DNA of 64,000 nt from an uncultured bacterium (GCA_963749495.1 CAVVMW010000030.1:160001-224000); one strand, 5' to 3'. Positions 9,891-19,780 are shown, counted from the stretch's first letter. Notes: generated from the sequence alone by a model not told the origin. A program made the numbers and translations.

Positions 9891-10030
9891 GAGCCTGTCC
9901 CAAAAGCTCTGATTCCGGACCTTTGTCGCAGCCTTTGTCGGCACCTTTGTCGAGAAATGGCCAATCCGACAAAGGTTTCGACAAAGGCTGCGACAAAGGT
10001 CCCCCACTCGCGAGGTTTTGGGACAGGCTC
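9891..10030. mobile_element. 140-bp MITE (type 2) enclosing the CCTTTGTCG core
   Basis: TIR GAGCCTGTCCCAAAA/TTTTGGGACAGGCTC; flanks TAATTG/TATTTG; inverted 140-bp copy at 51850. Confidence 0.85.
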
Positions 10031-10037
10031 TATTTGG

Positions 10038-10067
10038 TTGACAATGACGCGGGAACATGGAGATAAT
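10038..10067 (+). promoter_or_regulatory. Putative sigma70 promoter
   Basis: TTGACA-N18-GATAAT, 33 bp before ATG 10101. Confidence 0.4.
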
Positions 10068-10100
10068 CGCGCAACTCAACTCATCTCAACTCCACGATTT

Positions 10101-11174
10101 ATGAGAGCGAACTCAAGGAAGCAAACCGAGCAGATCAACCGGCGCGGGTTTTTGTGCGAGACGGCCGTGGCGACGGCCGGTCTGGTGGCCGGAGTGCCCG
10201 CGTTGCGGGCTGCCGAATCCGGGGCCAAACCGCTGAACTACAACCCGGACATGGAATACCGGCGCTTGGGCAAGACCGGCCTGCAGATCTCGGCCGTCTG
10301 CCTCGGGGGCCATTGGAAGCGGATCGACACCGTGGCCTCCGGCGAGACCGACAGCCCCGATTTCCAGAAGAACCGCTCCGACGTGGTGAGCCGCTGCATC
10401 GAGCGCGGCGTCAACTACATCGATGCCTGCACCGGCATCGAGGTTATGGTCTATAGCCGCGCCCTCAAAGGGCGGCGCCAGCAAATGCACCTGGGCTTCT
10501 CCTGGTTCGAGGAGGAGATGCGCAACGCCAATTGCCGCACCGCGGCCAAATTGCTCGAGACCTTCGACAAGGGCATGAAGCAGGCGGGGTTGGATTATGT
10601 CAACCTGTGGCGCGTCACCATGCTCGAACAGAGCGGCCAGCACACACCTGCCGAGGTCAATGAAATGATGAAGGCCCTCCAGAAGGCCAAACAACAGGGC
10701 AAGGCCCGCTTCACCGGCTTTTCCTCCCACGACCGTCCGCACATCAAGTGGATGATCGAGACCTATCCGCAGGTGGTGGACGTTGTCTGCACACCCTACA
10801 CGGCCAGGACCAAGGTCCTGCCAACCGACAGCCTCTTCGAGGCCGTGCGCAAGCAGGACGTGGGCGTCTTTGGCATCAAGCCGTTTGCCAGCAACTCCCT
10901 CTTCAAGGGAAACAGCGCCCTCCACTCTCCCACCGCCGAGGAAGACAGCCGCATCGCCCGCCTCGCCATCCGCAACATCCTGAGCAACCCCGCCATCACC
11001 GCCCCAATCCCCGGCCTTATCAACCTCGACCAGGTCGATAACGCCGCCAAGGCCGTTCGCGAGCGCCGCCAACTGGACGCCAAGGAGCAGGCCGACCTCG
11101 AACGCGCCGGCACCCGGATGTGGGCCCGGCTCCCTCACGACTACCAGTGGCTCAAGGACTTCGAATACGTGTGA
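10101..11174 (+). CDS. Tat-exported aldo/keto reductase-family protein
   Basis: NRRGFL twin-Arg signal; MEYRRLGKTGLQISAVCLGG, GVNYID, KARFTGFSSH. Confidence 0.85.
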   Translation: MRANSRKQTEQINRRGFLCETAVATAGLVAGVPALRAAESGAKPLNYNPDMEYRRLGKTGLQISAVCLGGHWKRIDTVASGETDSPDFQKNRSDVVSRCIERGVNYIDACTGIEVMVYSRALKGRRQQMHLGFSWFEEEMRNANCRTAAKLLETFDKGMKQAGLDYVNLWRVTMLEQSGQHTPAEVNEMMKALQKAKQQGKARFTGFSSHDRPHIKWMIETYPQVVDVVCTPYTARTKVLPTDSLFEAVRKQDVGVFGIKPFASNSLFKGNSALHSPTAEEDSRIARLAIRNILSNPAITAPIPGLINLDQVDNAAKAVRERRQLDAKEQADLERAGTRMWARLPHDYQWLKDFEYV

Positions 11175-11182
11175 GCGGCCCA

Positions 11183-11339
11183 TTGAATTGCAAATTGAAA
11201 ATTGCAGACTGCAAATTGCACATTGGCGGTTGACCCGGAGCGGATACCTGGGTTCTGGGCCAGGCCTGATGGTTTTTCAAACGGCGGATGACCCTTTTGC
11301 AGTTTTCAATTTTCAATTTTCAATTTTCAATTTTCAATT
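11183..11339. repeat. Inverted heptamer arrays (AAATTGC/AAATTGA)n ... (TTTTCAA)n
   Basis: Direct reading; the two arms are reverse complements. Confidence 0.8.
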
Positions 11340-11392
11340 CACCTGATTAACGGTCCTCCGCACCCTCTTGCACCTCCCGTTGCGCACTTCCT

Positions 11393-11953
11393 TTGCCCTG
11401 CTCATCACAGGCTCTGCTTGCAGGCGCGCAAAGCACCCCCCCGCGCCCGCCGCCGCTGCCGTCCCCACCGCCTCCCACAGCCCAACTCCCGGCCGCGCCC
11501 CCGGCCGCCCCGCCCGGTCCGCTGGCCGATAACAGCCGCTGCTTTGTCTGCCACGCCAATTACGAGGACGAACCCCTCGCCGTTGCCCATGCCAAGGGCA
11601 ACGTCGGCTGCACCCGCTGTCACGGCGAGTCCTCGCCTCATTCCACGGACGAAGACGGGCTCACCGCTCCCGACCGGATGTTCCGCAAGGGCGTCCTCCG
11701 GCTCAATTGCCTGACCTGCCACGATTGGACCCGCCTCATCGCCAGCGATGCCGCCAAACGCGATCGGGCCGATCTCAAGGAAAAACCCGATCACCTCGCG
11801 GTCCTCGAAGGCCGTGTCCAGGACAAACGCTTCTGCACCGACTGCCACGGCGAGCACCGCATGTACTATCGCACCCGCGTCTGGGACAAACGCTCCGGGG
11901 CGCTCCTGGCCAAGGACGGCACCCCCAGGATGCTCCCGGCGCCGCCCAAGTAG
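11393..11953 (+). CDS. Tetraheme c-type cytochrome; N-terminus uncertain
   Basis: Four CxxCH motifs: CFVCH, CTRCH, CLTCH, CTDCH. Confidence 0.85.
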   Translation: MPCSSQALLAGAQSTPPRPPPLPSPPPPTAQLPAAPPAAPPGPLADNSRCFVCHANYEDEPLAVAHAKGNVGCTRCHGESSPHSTDEDGLTAPDRMFRKGVLRLNCLTCHDWTRLIASDAAKRDRADLKEKPDHLAVLEGRVQDKRFCTDCHGEHRMYYRTRVWDKRSGALLAKDGTPRMLPAPPK

Positions 11954-12108
11954 TCGGAGCCACGGACCCTCGGAACGCGAAAGCGGTCCCGATGCACCGG
12001 GAGCGCAGTCCGGAGCCTTCGGATCTGGCGACGGTTCCTGGAGAGCCTCGACGATTTTGAAAAACGCGCATTGGGACCATGAACCGGAAGGGCGCCGCCC
12101 AACGCGAA

Positions 12109-12196
12109 GCGTTTTGGACTGCGCCAGTCCTCTGGCGCTTTTTGGACTCTGGGGACACGAAAGCGCCAGAGGACTGGCGCAGTCCAAAACCTTCGG
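12109..12196. repeat. REP-like hairpin, family C (copy 1)
   Basis: GTTTTGGACTGCGCCAGTCCTCTGGCGCTTT...AAAGCGCCAGAGGACTGGCGCAGTCCAAAAC; copy at 43099. Confidence 0.85.
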
Positions 12197-12377
12197 ATTT
12201 GGCGACGTGCTCAGGACGGGCCTGGCCCTGGCGGCGCCGGGCGGCCAGCACCTGCTCGTCAAATGGCGCCTCACCCACTACGCCGTCGAGTTGAGCCAGG
12301 GGCCGATGGTCCACCATCAGCGGCCCGCCGAAGTGATTCGGATTGATCCCGTCTGATTGCTGGCGCACCTTGCGGCC

Positions 12378-13244
12378 ATGCGAATCGTGAAGTCGGTTCA
12401 GGCCATGCAGCGGCGGGCCAAAGACTGGCGCCGGCACGGGGCGCGTGTCGGGCTGGTGCCGACAATGGGTTGCCTGCACGCCGGGCATCTGAGCCTTGTC
12501 GAGCGCGCCCGCAAATGCGTGGGCCGTGCCGGCAAGGTCGTCGTCAGCATTTACGTCAACCCCACCCAGTTCGGCCCGCAGGAGGATTTTTCGCGTTATC
12601 CTCGAGATTTGGCGCGGGACGCGCGGCTGTGCCGCCAGGCCGGGGCCGACGTGGTCTTTGCGCCCGGTGATGAAGAGATGTACGGGCGCGAAGGGGGCGC
12701 GGCCTTCAGCACTTATGTGACCAAGGAGGCGCTCTCCAGGGGCATGGAAGGCGCCTCGCGCCCAACGCATTTTCGCGGGGTCGCCACGGTGGTGGCCAAG
12801 TTGTTCAACATCGTGCTGCCGGACGTGGCGGTCTTCGGCGCGAAGGACTGCCAGCAGGCGGCCATCATCAAACGAATGGTTCGGGACCTGAACTTTCCGC
12901 TGACGGTGGTAGTGGCGCCCACATGCCGGGAGCCGGACGGCCTGGCGCTGAGTTCGCGCAACCGGTATCTGGAGGGCGGCCTGCGCGAGCAGGCGCTGGT
13001 CCTGTGGCGCGCCATCCAGGAGGCCCGCTCGGGGGTCGTGCGCTCCGCCCGGCCGCTGGCGGTGGCCGCGCTCAAGGGCCGCCTGGAAAAGCTCATCCGG
13101 CAGGTCCCGGCCGCGCGGCTGGACTACGTCGAGTTCTTCGAGCCGGAGACGCTGATCCCGGTGGCCAGAGTGCAGCCCGGCACCCACATCGCACTGGCCG
13201 TTTTCATCGGCAAGACTCGGCTGATTGATAATGCCAGGCTCTGA
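12378..13244 (+). CDS. panC: Pantoate--beta-alanine ligase
   Basis: VPTMGCLHAGH, SIYVNPTQF, RPTHFRGV, GLALSSRN, TRLIDN. Confidence 0.96.
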   Translation: MRIVKSVQAMQRRAKDWRRHGARVGLVPTMGCLHAGHLSLVERARKCVGRAGKVVVSIYVNPTQFGPQEDFSRYPRDLARDARLCRQAGADVVFAPGDEEMYGREGGAAFSTYVTKEALSRGMEGASRPTHFRGVATVVAKLFNIVLPDVAVFGAKDCQQAAIIKRMVRDLNFPLTVVVAPTCREPDGLALSSRNRYLEGGLREQALVLWRAIQEARSGVVRSARPLAVAALKGRLEKLIRQVPAARLDYVEFFEPETLIPVARVQPGTHIALAVFIGKTRLIDNARL

Positions 13245-13275
13245 GCGAGGCGGGCTTTTCGGACGGGGGGCCTTG

Positions 13276-13434
13276 TCCCGAAGGGACATCCGACAATAGC
13301 CCAACGTTTCAACGTTGGGTCCGGGGTGGCCGACGCACCCGAGTCCCGAAGGGACGGCTGAGCCTCACTCCCATTCAGCCGTCCCTTCGGGACTCACGCA
13401 GCGAAAAAGCCGCTCTTACCCGACGTTGAAACGC
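13276..13434. repeat. REP doublet, family B, without TIR
   Basis: GTCCCGAAGGGAC, AATAGCCCAACGTTTCAACGTTGGG, CAGCCGTCCCTTCGGGAC; related to the cores at 8357, 46748 and 59275. Confidence 0.8.
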
Positions 13435-13692
13435 TTGTCTTTACCCGCATCGCCGCCCTCGCTCATTGACCAGAGCTTATCGCATCCGTTGCCTTCAGGC
13501 CGAAGGCCTGAAAGCGGCCAAAAGTCTGCAGCCGCTCTAATGGTTACTATTTTAACCTGCACACCCGCTCCTGCCCCGCTTGCCTCCGGGCTTGACGTGG
13601 CACCGTTTTGCGCTTGGAATCCTTCCGTGAAACATAAATTGTTCCCTCGCCCATCGCCCCTCGTCCCTCACCCCTGCAACCTCCGGTTGCTC

Positions 13693-15951
13693 ATGAACCG
13701 AGGTCTCATTCCGGCCCTGATGTTGGCAACTGCGTTCGCCCCGGCCACGCTGGGCTGGTGCCAGGAGACGCCGGCAAGGCCATCCGTCGAGCCGGCGCGG
13801 AGGATCAGCTTCGAGGGCCCGGAGGCGCTGGGGGGCTGGGCGGTCACGGGCGACGTGGTGGTGGACAAGGCCAAGGGCCGGCGTGAGGGCGCCAGTTCCT
13901 TGCGGGTCGGCCCGGGCGGCAAGGCCGTTCTCAAGCTGCGGGAGCAGGATGCCTCGGGCAAGGCCGAGGTCTGGGTCTATGACGATGTCGCCACGCCTGC
14001 GAACCCCAAGGCCTCGCGCGTGGGCCCGCGCTGGGGCCTGGTCCAAGGCGACGGACGCCTGCTGGCCGTGGGCATCCTTTATGCCGGCTATCTTGGCGGC
14101 GACGAGGGCTACACCGCCACGGCCTCCGACGGCAAGGATTGGTTCGATCAATTGTTCTGGCTAGGCATCAGGCGCGCCCCGGCCGCGTGGCACAAGTGGA
14201 CCTTCAACTTCGATGCCGAGAACGGCCTGGAGGTCCTCCACAATGACAAGGAAGTCGAGGCGGTGGACGCGGCCAAAACGGGATTGAAAGGGTTCAACGC
14301 CATCGTGTTTTGGGGCGACGCCGGCCAGGGCAACGGGCAGACAATCTGGCTGGCGGACCTCGGGGTGACGCTGGGCGGGCCGGCCAAACCGTTCGTGGCT
14401 CCGCCGGAGGCCGACCCCTACTCGGAGAGCGCCTTGGCGGCAGAGGGGCCGAGCCGCCCGGCGGTCGTTTATACTCCGAGCAACGCGCCCCAGACCCCGC
14501 AGCTCGAGGACCTGCCACTCGAAGGGCGCGTCTCCCAATACGGGATGACCTGGACTTTCGACAAACCGGCGCGAGTCGGCCGATTCATTAACGGGGATTG
14601 GTACGTGGTGGGGCCGGTGACCGTACAGGCCATCGAGCCCAAGCCGCTCTGGGGCGCCGAGATTCCGAAACGCGAACTCGACCACATGGACAAAGAGCGC
14701 AAAGAGGAGCAGCGCGTGCGCAACGGTTTCATGGTCAACCCGCCGCCCCAGATGCGCGTCGCCTACGACAGCGGCGTGCGCAACTGGTTCGACCCGGCGC
14801 TGATCCAGAAATTGCCCGTGGTCCTGAACCCGGGCGATTCGCTGGTCTCGACCATCAGCATGCCCAAGGGGCTGGTGCTCCATGCCCAGTTGCGAAACAA
14901 GATCGAGCGCGGGTCCGAAGACAGCAGCCCTATCCGCACCGCCGCGGTGCTGACGTGCGTGAACGGGCCGCAGCCGGCAGATGCGTTCCGGCCCGCCTTC
15001 TGCAACCGGCAGCAGCGGATTTACCTGGCGCGCAACCTCAAGCGCGAGCTGCTGCCTCGAGCGGCGGCCACCCAAAGCATCCCCGGAATCCAGCGGTATG
15101 CCCGGTTCACGCAGCGGCCATGGGTCGGCACTTGCTTCTTCGGGTTCGAGGAACCGGTGGAGAACATGCCGCAATACGGGCTGGAGTATGGGCGGGTGGC
15201 GGGGATTTGCGCGTTGCTGCTGTGTACGGACCTGGCGCCGGAGCAGAAGGAGCCGTTGCTGGTCAATTACGTCCAGGTGGGCATCGACCTGGGCGGGATG
15301 ATCCGGGCCGGCCACCCGGGCTGGACCTGCTGGGGCGGGCACGGCAGCGGGCGCAAGCTGCCCATCGTCTTTGCCGGCCTGCTGCTGGGCGACGACCAAT
15401 TGGCCCACATCAACAAGAGCTTCCCCACTGCCAGCTTCGGCGAAGACGAGCAGACCGCCTATGGCGAGTGCTGGACCGGGGCCAAGGTGGTTTTCGCCGG
15501 ACACTCGGGCATCGACACCGCCACGGGCGTGGGCCGCGCCCGCGCCCGCGGCCAGCCATGGGGGCCTTACGAGCACCGGCCGCCCTCGGAATGGAAAGAG
15601 GGTCAGAACACCAGCGAGAGCTACCGCCGCTGCTGCACCAGCGTCGGCTGGGTCGCCCAGGCCCTGGCCCTGCGCCTGCTCCATGCTGAAGACGCCTGGA
15701 ACCACTCTGCCTTCTTCGACTACGTCAACCGCTGGATGGGCGAAAATGACGCCCAGTTCGTCAAAGCCATCAAGCAGGCCACAGGCCAGGACCACGACAA
15801 GGAGTGGGCGCGGCAAGGACAGGCCTGGGACGCCTTCGTCAACGAAATGTGGGCCCGCCACCGCCCGGCCCTGGCCGCCCCGGCCGATGGCTGGAAGCAG
15901 AAACACGACGACACCTACTACCGGGCGGCGATCGAGAAGTCCAGGCAATAG
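13693..15951 (+). CDS. Secreted hypothetical protein (N-terminal beta-sandwich plus large Trp-rich domain)
   Basis: Signal peptide MNRGLIPALMLATAFAPATLG; strong GC3 bias; upstream in-frame extension is repeat-derived. Confidence 0.75.
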   Translation: MNRGLIPALMLATAFAPATLGWCQETPARPSVEPARRISFEGPEALGGWAVTGDVVVDKAKGRREGASSLRVGPGGKAVLKLREQDASGKAEVWVYDDVATPANPKASRVGPRWGLVQGDGRLLAVGILYAGYLGGDEGYTATASDGKDWFDQLFWLGIRRAPAAWHKWTFNFDAENGLEVLHNDKEVEAVDAAKTGLKGFNAIVFWGDAGQGNGQTIWLADLGVTLGGPAKPFVAPPEADPYSESALAAEGPSRPAVVYTPSNAPQTPQLEDLPLEGRVSQYGMTWTFDKPARVGRFINGDWYVVGPVTVQAIEPKPLWGAEIPKRELDHMDKERKEEQRVRNGFMVNPPPQMRVAYDSGVRNWFDPALIQKLPVVLNPGDSLVSTISMPKGLVLHAQLRNKIERGSEDSSPIRTAAVLTCVNGPQPADAFRPAFCNRQQRIYLARNLKRELLPRAAATQSIPGIQRYARFTQRPWVGTCFFGFEEPVENMPQYGLEYGRVAGICALLLCTDLAPEQKEPLLVNYVQVGIDLGGMIRAGHPGWTCWGGHGSGRKLPIVFAGLLLGDDQLAHINKSFPTASFGEDEQTAYGECWTGAKVVFAGHSGIDTATGVGRARARGQPWGPYEHRPPSEWKEGQNTSESYRRCCTSVGWVAQALALRLLHAEDAWNHSAFFDYVNRWMGENDAQFVKAIKQATGQDHDKEWARQGQAWDAFVNEMWARHRPALAAPADGWKQKHDDTYYRAAIEKSRQ

Positions 15952-15957
15952 ACGAGG

Positions 15958-16223
15958 CCGGAGTGCGCCCGTCCCCGGGCGCAGCGACGTCCGGAGCCAG
16001 GCCAGCGGTCTGCTGTCCCGGACTTTGGATGACTTTGGCGTCTTTGTCGGAGCCTTTGTCGCAACCTTTGTCGGGTTGGCCTGTTTTCGACAAAGGTCTC
16101 GACAAAGGCTGCGACAAACCTTCCGAAAAGTCACTCAAAGTCCGGTGCAGTAGGGCAGCGGTCACCCCCCCCGCGCGCCTGCCCGCTCCGTCGCTGCTGC
16201 GCCCGGGGACGGGCGCACTCCGG
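15958..16223. repeat. REP-like hairpin, family D, interrupted by a MITE
   Basis: CCGGAGTGCGCCCGTCCCCGGGCGCAGC...GCTGCGCCCGGGGACGGGCGCACTCCGG; intact copies at 50096 and 50916. Confidence 0.88.
16010..16153. mobile_element. 144-bp MITE (type 3) enclosing the CCTTTGTCG core
   Basis: Imperfect ~27-bp TIR CTGCTGTCCCGGACTTTGGATGACTTT vs (rc) CTACTGCACCGGACTTTGAGTGACTTT; flanks GCCAGCGGT/GGCAGCGGT. Confidence 0.82.
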
Positions 16224-16296
16224 GGGCATTGTCAGGATGCGCCCGTCGCCGAATGCGGCTTGCCAAACGGCCTTGCCGGTGGTACGAGCGCAGGCC

Positions 16297-17521
16297 ATGA
16301 GATCCCTCACGGCAGTTGTCGTTGCGATATTGGGGATGCTGGGCGGTCGGGAAGCGGCCGCCGCAGACGGCCCGCAATGGAGGCACCTTTCGAGCGCCAC
16401 GGGCGACCTGCCCGTGCCCGGTCCATCGACGCAGCAGACCGGGGCGATTGTGGCAGACTTGGACAAGGACGGGACCAACGATTTTGTCCTGAGCTTTCGG
16501 CAGACGGCGCCTGCGCTGGTATGGTATCGGCGCACGCCCCAGGGCTGGGATCGGCTGGTGATCGAGACCAATTACCTGACCGTCGAGGCGGGCGGGGCCG
16601 TCTATGACATTGATGGAGACGGCAACCCGGACTTGGTCTTTGGCGGGGATTGGCAGAGCGACGAGGTTCTGGTGGTGGGAAAACCCATACCCGAATTTCG
16701 ACCCCAAGGTCCCCTGGAAGCGCCACACGATCAAGAAGGGCGGGGCGACCCAGCATCACGACCAGGTCTTCGGCGATTTCCTTGGGACCGGGCGGCCGCA
16801 ACTGGCGTTCTGGAACCAGGGGACCCGGAAGATCTTCCTGGCGGAAATCCCGGCCGACCCGCGCCGGGCCGAGTCGTGGCCGCTCATCGAAATCTTCTCC
16901 GGCGAGGCCGGCGAGGGCCGGAACACCGCCTTCAAGTACGCCGAGGGTATGGCCGCCTGTGACGTGGACGGTGATGGGAAGGTGGACCTGCTGGCCGGCA
17001 ATCTCTGGTTCAAGCACCGTGGCGGCAAGACGTTCACGCCCATTCAGATCGGCTCCATCGGCGGGCGCATCGCCGCCGGCAAGTTCAAACCCGGCAAGTA
17101 CCCCCAGGTGGTCATCGCCCCCGGCGACGGCGTCGGGCCCTTGCGCTGGTACGAGTGCGTGGGCAACCCGGAGAACTCCAAAGACTGGGTCGGTCACGAC
17201 CTGCTCGACCGCGACATGGTCCACGGGCACAGCCTCCAGGTGGCGGACATGGACGGCGACGGGCACCTCGACATTTTCGCCGCCGAGATGGCCAAGTGGA
17301 CTGAGTCGGCCAAGGCGCCCGACAACCCGAACGCCACGGCGTGGATCTTCTACGGGGACGGTCAGGGCCACTTTCGCAAGACCGTCTTCGCCACGGGCAT
17401 CGGCTTCCATGAGGCGCGAGTGGCCGACCTCAACGGCGACGGCACGATGGATGTCCTGGACAAGCCCTATAACTGGGAAGTCCCGCGTGTGGATGTGTGG
17501 CTGCAGGCGCCGCAGAGGTGA
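16297..17521 (+). CDS. Secreted FG-GAP/VCBS repeat beta-propeller, frameshifted at ~16668
   Basis: Repeats DLDKDGTNDF, DIDGDGNPDL, DVDGDGKVDL, DMDGDGHLDI, DLNGDGTMDV; signal peptide. Confidence 0.88.
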
Positions 17522-17604
17522 GGGGGCGAGGGGCGAGGGGCGATCATCCTGCGCTCCCTCGACCCTCGGCCCTCGACCCTCGACCCTCGGCCCTCGACCC
17601 TCGC
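17520..17604. repeat. Inverted heptamer arrays (GAGGGGC)n ... (CCCTCGA)n between convergent genes
   Basis: Direct reading. Confidence 0.8.
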
Positions 17605-17610
17605 GTTGTC

Positions 17611-18103
17611 TCAGCGGTTCTGCCCTGGCATGGCCGGGGCTTGACCGGCTAGGATGATCTGGACTACGTCGCCGGGCTGGAGCGGGACATCTACCCCGTT
17701 CAGCAGGCCGGTTACATCCAAGCGGCGGCCCACGCCGCCGCGGACCAGGACGATCTGGGCTGGGTTGGCCGAGGGCAGGTATTCCGCGGCCATGATGGCC
17801 TTGAGCAAGGTCAGCCCTTCGGTCCAGGGGACGACGGGGTTTTTGACGGGGCCGTTGATTCTGACAATGGGGCCCTGGACCTGAGCTTGCTGAAGGCGTG
17901 TCACGGCCTCCTGCTGGCCGGCCAGGTAGGCGGCGTGGGCCTGGGCCGGCCCGGGACTTGGTCACACAGCCCGCCATCAATGCAGGCACCAGCAACGCAA
18001 GACAGGCGAGCGCGGCCCAGACGCTCGAGGCTCGGCGCCCTTGCGTGCCTTTTGGCCCTGGATAGCCAATAGGCAATAGCCAATAGCCAATGGTGCGTTT
18101 CAT
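17611..18103 (-). CDS. Lipoprotein with SLBB-like domain, frameshifted at ~17947
   Basis: Lipobox LMAGC; VRINGPVKNP..WTEGLTLLKAI..DVPLQPGDVV; ATGA overlap with pilT. Confidence 0.7.
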
Positions 18104-19305
18104 GGCTTTTCTCCGGGGCGTTTGAGGATCTTGCCAAACTCGCTCTCACTCGGCTCGATTTCGATTCTGCCTGGGGTTTTGGGGGCGTGGGCAGGGGGCG
18201 TCCTGGCAGGGCCTTGGGATTTGGGGTTGATGGGGAAGGCCGGCGGCGGGAGCTGCGGCGGGGCGGAGGAGGCCTCGGCGGCCTCGGTGTCAGGCGGTTC
18301 CGGAGTGCGGCCCGGGATGTACCAGTTCGAGCGGCTGTCCAGCCAGGTGCGGTAGCGCTGGAAGGTCCACATGCCGAACTCGGCGCCGGTCTCGAGGGCG
18401 GAGACGATTTTGAAGAAATCGCGGTTGCGGATGAAATTCTTGACGGCGTGCGAGACGGCCAGGATTTCACACTCCGGCAGGCGGATGTTGAGGTCTGGGC
18501 GGAAGCGCAAGCGCTGGGAGATGACGGCCAGCAGGCAATCGGCGAGTTGGCCGGCGACGCTGCTCTGGATCTCGGCGGGAAAGGCTGAGACAACGCGCTG
18601 GAGGGCCTCGGCGCAAGTGGAGGAATGGACCGTGGCCAAGACGAGGTGGCCGGTCTCGGAGGCGTTCAAGGTCAGGCGCATGGTCTCGGGGTCGCGCATT
18701 TCGCCCACCATGAGCACATCGGGGTCCTCGCGCAAGGCATCGAGCAGGGCCTGCTCGAAGCTGGGCGTGTCGCGCCCGACCTCGCGCTGGCGGATGTAGG
18801 AGCGGCGCGGGCGGAAGGTGTATTCGATGGGGCTCTCGATAGTGACGATGTGGCGGGTCTCGGTGAGGTTGATCTCCTGGATGAGCGCCGCCAGGGTGGA
18901 GGACTTGCCCGAGCCGGTCGGACCGCTGACGAGGATCAGGCCGTGCGTCGGGTTGATCAGCTTCTTGAGGTCGGGGTGCAGGTTGAGCTTTTCGATGGTC
19001 GCCTGGAATGTGGCGAGCAGCCGGATGGCAAAGCCCACACCGCGCGAGGTCTGCAGGACGTTGATGCGGCAGCGGGCGCCGTGGATGGTCCTGGAGAAGT
19101 CGCACGAGCGCTGTTCCAGGAAATGCGGCCATAACTCTTCGCCGATGGCCTGGCGGGCCATGTCGAGCAGGGCCTTGCCCGTGACCGGCTCCTCCAGGGT
19201 GCGCAGCGAGCCGCGAATCCGCAGCGCCGCCGGCAAGCCGGCCTCCAGGTGCAAATCGCTGGCCCCGTTATTCAACGCCAGGCTGACTAGTGATTCCAAA
19301 TCCAT
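18100..19305 (-). CDS. pilT: PilT/PilU-family type IV pilus ATPase
   Basis: ASDLHL, GPTGSGKSSTLAA, ALREDPDVLMVGEMRD, ETGHLVLATVH. Confidence 0.92.
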   Translation of the reverse strand: MDLESLVSLALNNGASDLHLEAGLPAALRIRGSLRTLEEPVTGKALLDMARQAIGEELWPHFLEQRSCDFSRTIHGARCRINVLQTSRGVGFAIRLLATFQATIEKLNLHPDLKKLINPTHGLILVSGPTGSGKSSTLAALIQEINLTETRHIVTIESPIEYTFRPRRSYIRQREVGRDTPSFEQALLDALREDPDVLMVGEMRDPETMRLTLNASETGHLVLATVHSSTCAEALQRVVSAFPAEIQSSVAGQLADCLLAVISQRLRFRPDLNIRLPECEILAVSHAVKNFIRNRDFFKIVSALETGAEFGMWTFQRYRTWLDSRSNWYIPGRTPEPPDTEAAEASSAPPQLPPPAFPINPKSQGPARTPPAHAPKTPGRIEIEPSESEFGKILKRPGEKP

Positions 19306-19420
19306 GCCCAATCCTATCTCCGAACAACGGTCATGGCAAAAAGTTCCGTCGGCAGCGGCGTGGCGCCGATGGGGGCGCTTTTTTGTTGTCTGTGCCGGGG
19401 CGAAAGACCATCTTACCGTT

Positions 19421-19780
19421 ATGGAAACGACTGTAACACTCTCGTCGAAGGGCCAGTTGGCCCTGCCTAAGGGGCTCCGGCAGGAGGATCACCTCAGGCA
19501 GAGCGACGTCTTCCGCCTCGTCCGCCTCAGGCCCGGCACGTACTTGCTCGAGAGACTTGCCCCTCCTAGGCTCCCCCGGGCTGCGCTGGTCAGATCCAAA
19601 GATGGCTTCCTGGTGTTCCGCCCGCATCGAGGCGCCCCGGAGATGACCACGGAATTGGTGAAAAAACTGGGGGCGGAAACAATAATTACCTGGTGGCATT
19701 GGCTGGGCAACATCGGGGCAACCTTGCCACGCTCGATGCGTCTCTGGCGCGGGCCTTCGCCCGGGATCCAGACCGGGTGA
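19421..19780 (+). CDS. AbrB/MazE-type antitoxin with aberrant read-through tail
   Basis: METTVTLSSKGQLALPKGLR...MTTELVKKLGAET, followed by sequence read out of frame from a PIN remnant. Confidence 0.75.
   Translation: METTVTLSSKGQLALPKGLRQEDHLRQSDVFRLVRLRPGTYLLERLAPPRLPRAALVRSKDGFLVFRPHRGAPEMTTELVKKLGAETIITWWHWLGNIGATLPRSMRLWRGPSPGIQTG

Noticed and set aside
9888..10100. N-terminal ORF extensions (also 13315-13692, 21883-22023, 50035-50214)
   Set aside because: Translations of MITE/REP DNA upstream of better starts with signal peptides or family-typical N-termini
11748..12356. 202-aa ORF upstream of panC
   Set aside because: Overlaps the cytochrome out of frame and translates REP sequence; no recognisable motif
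13598..13612. Sigma54 promoter TGGCACCGTTTTGC
   Set aside because: GG-to-GC spacing is 9, not 10
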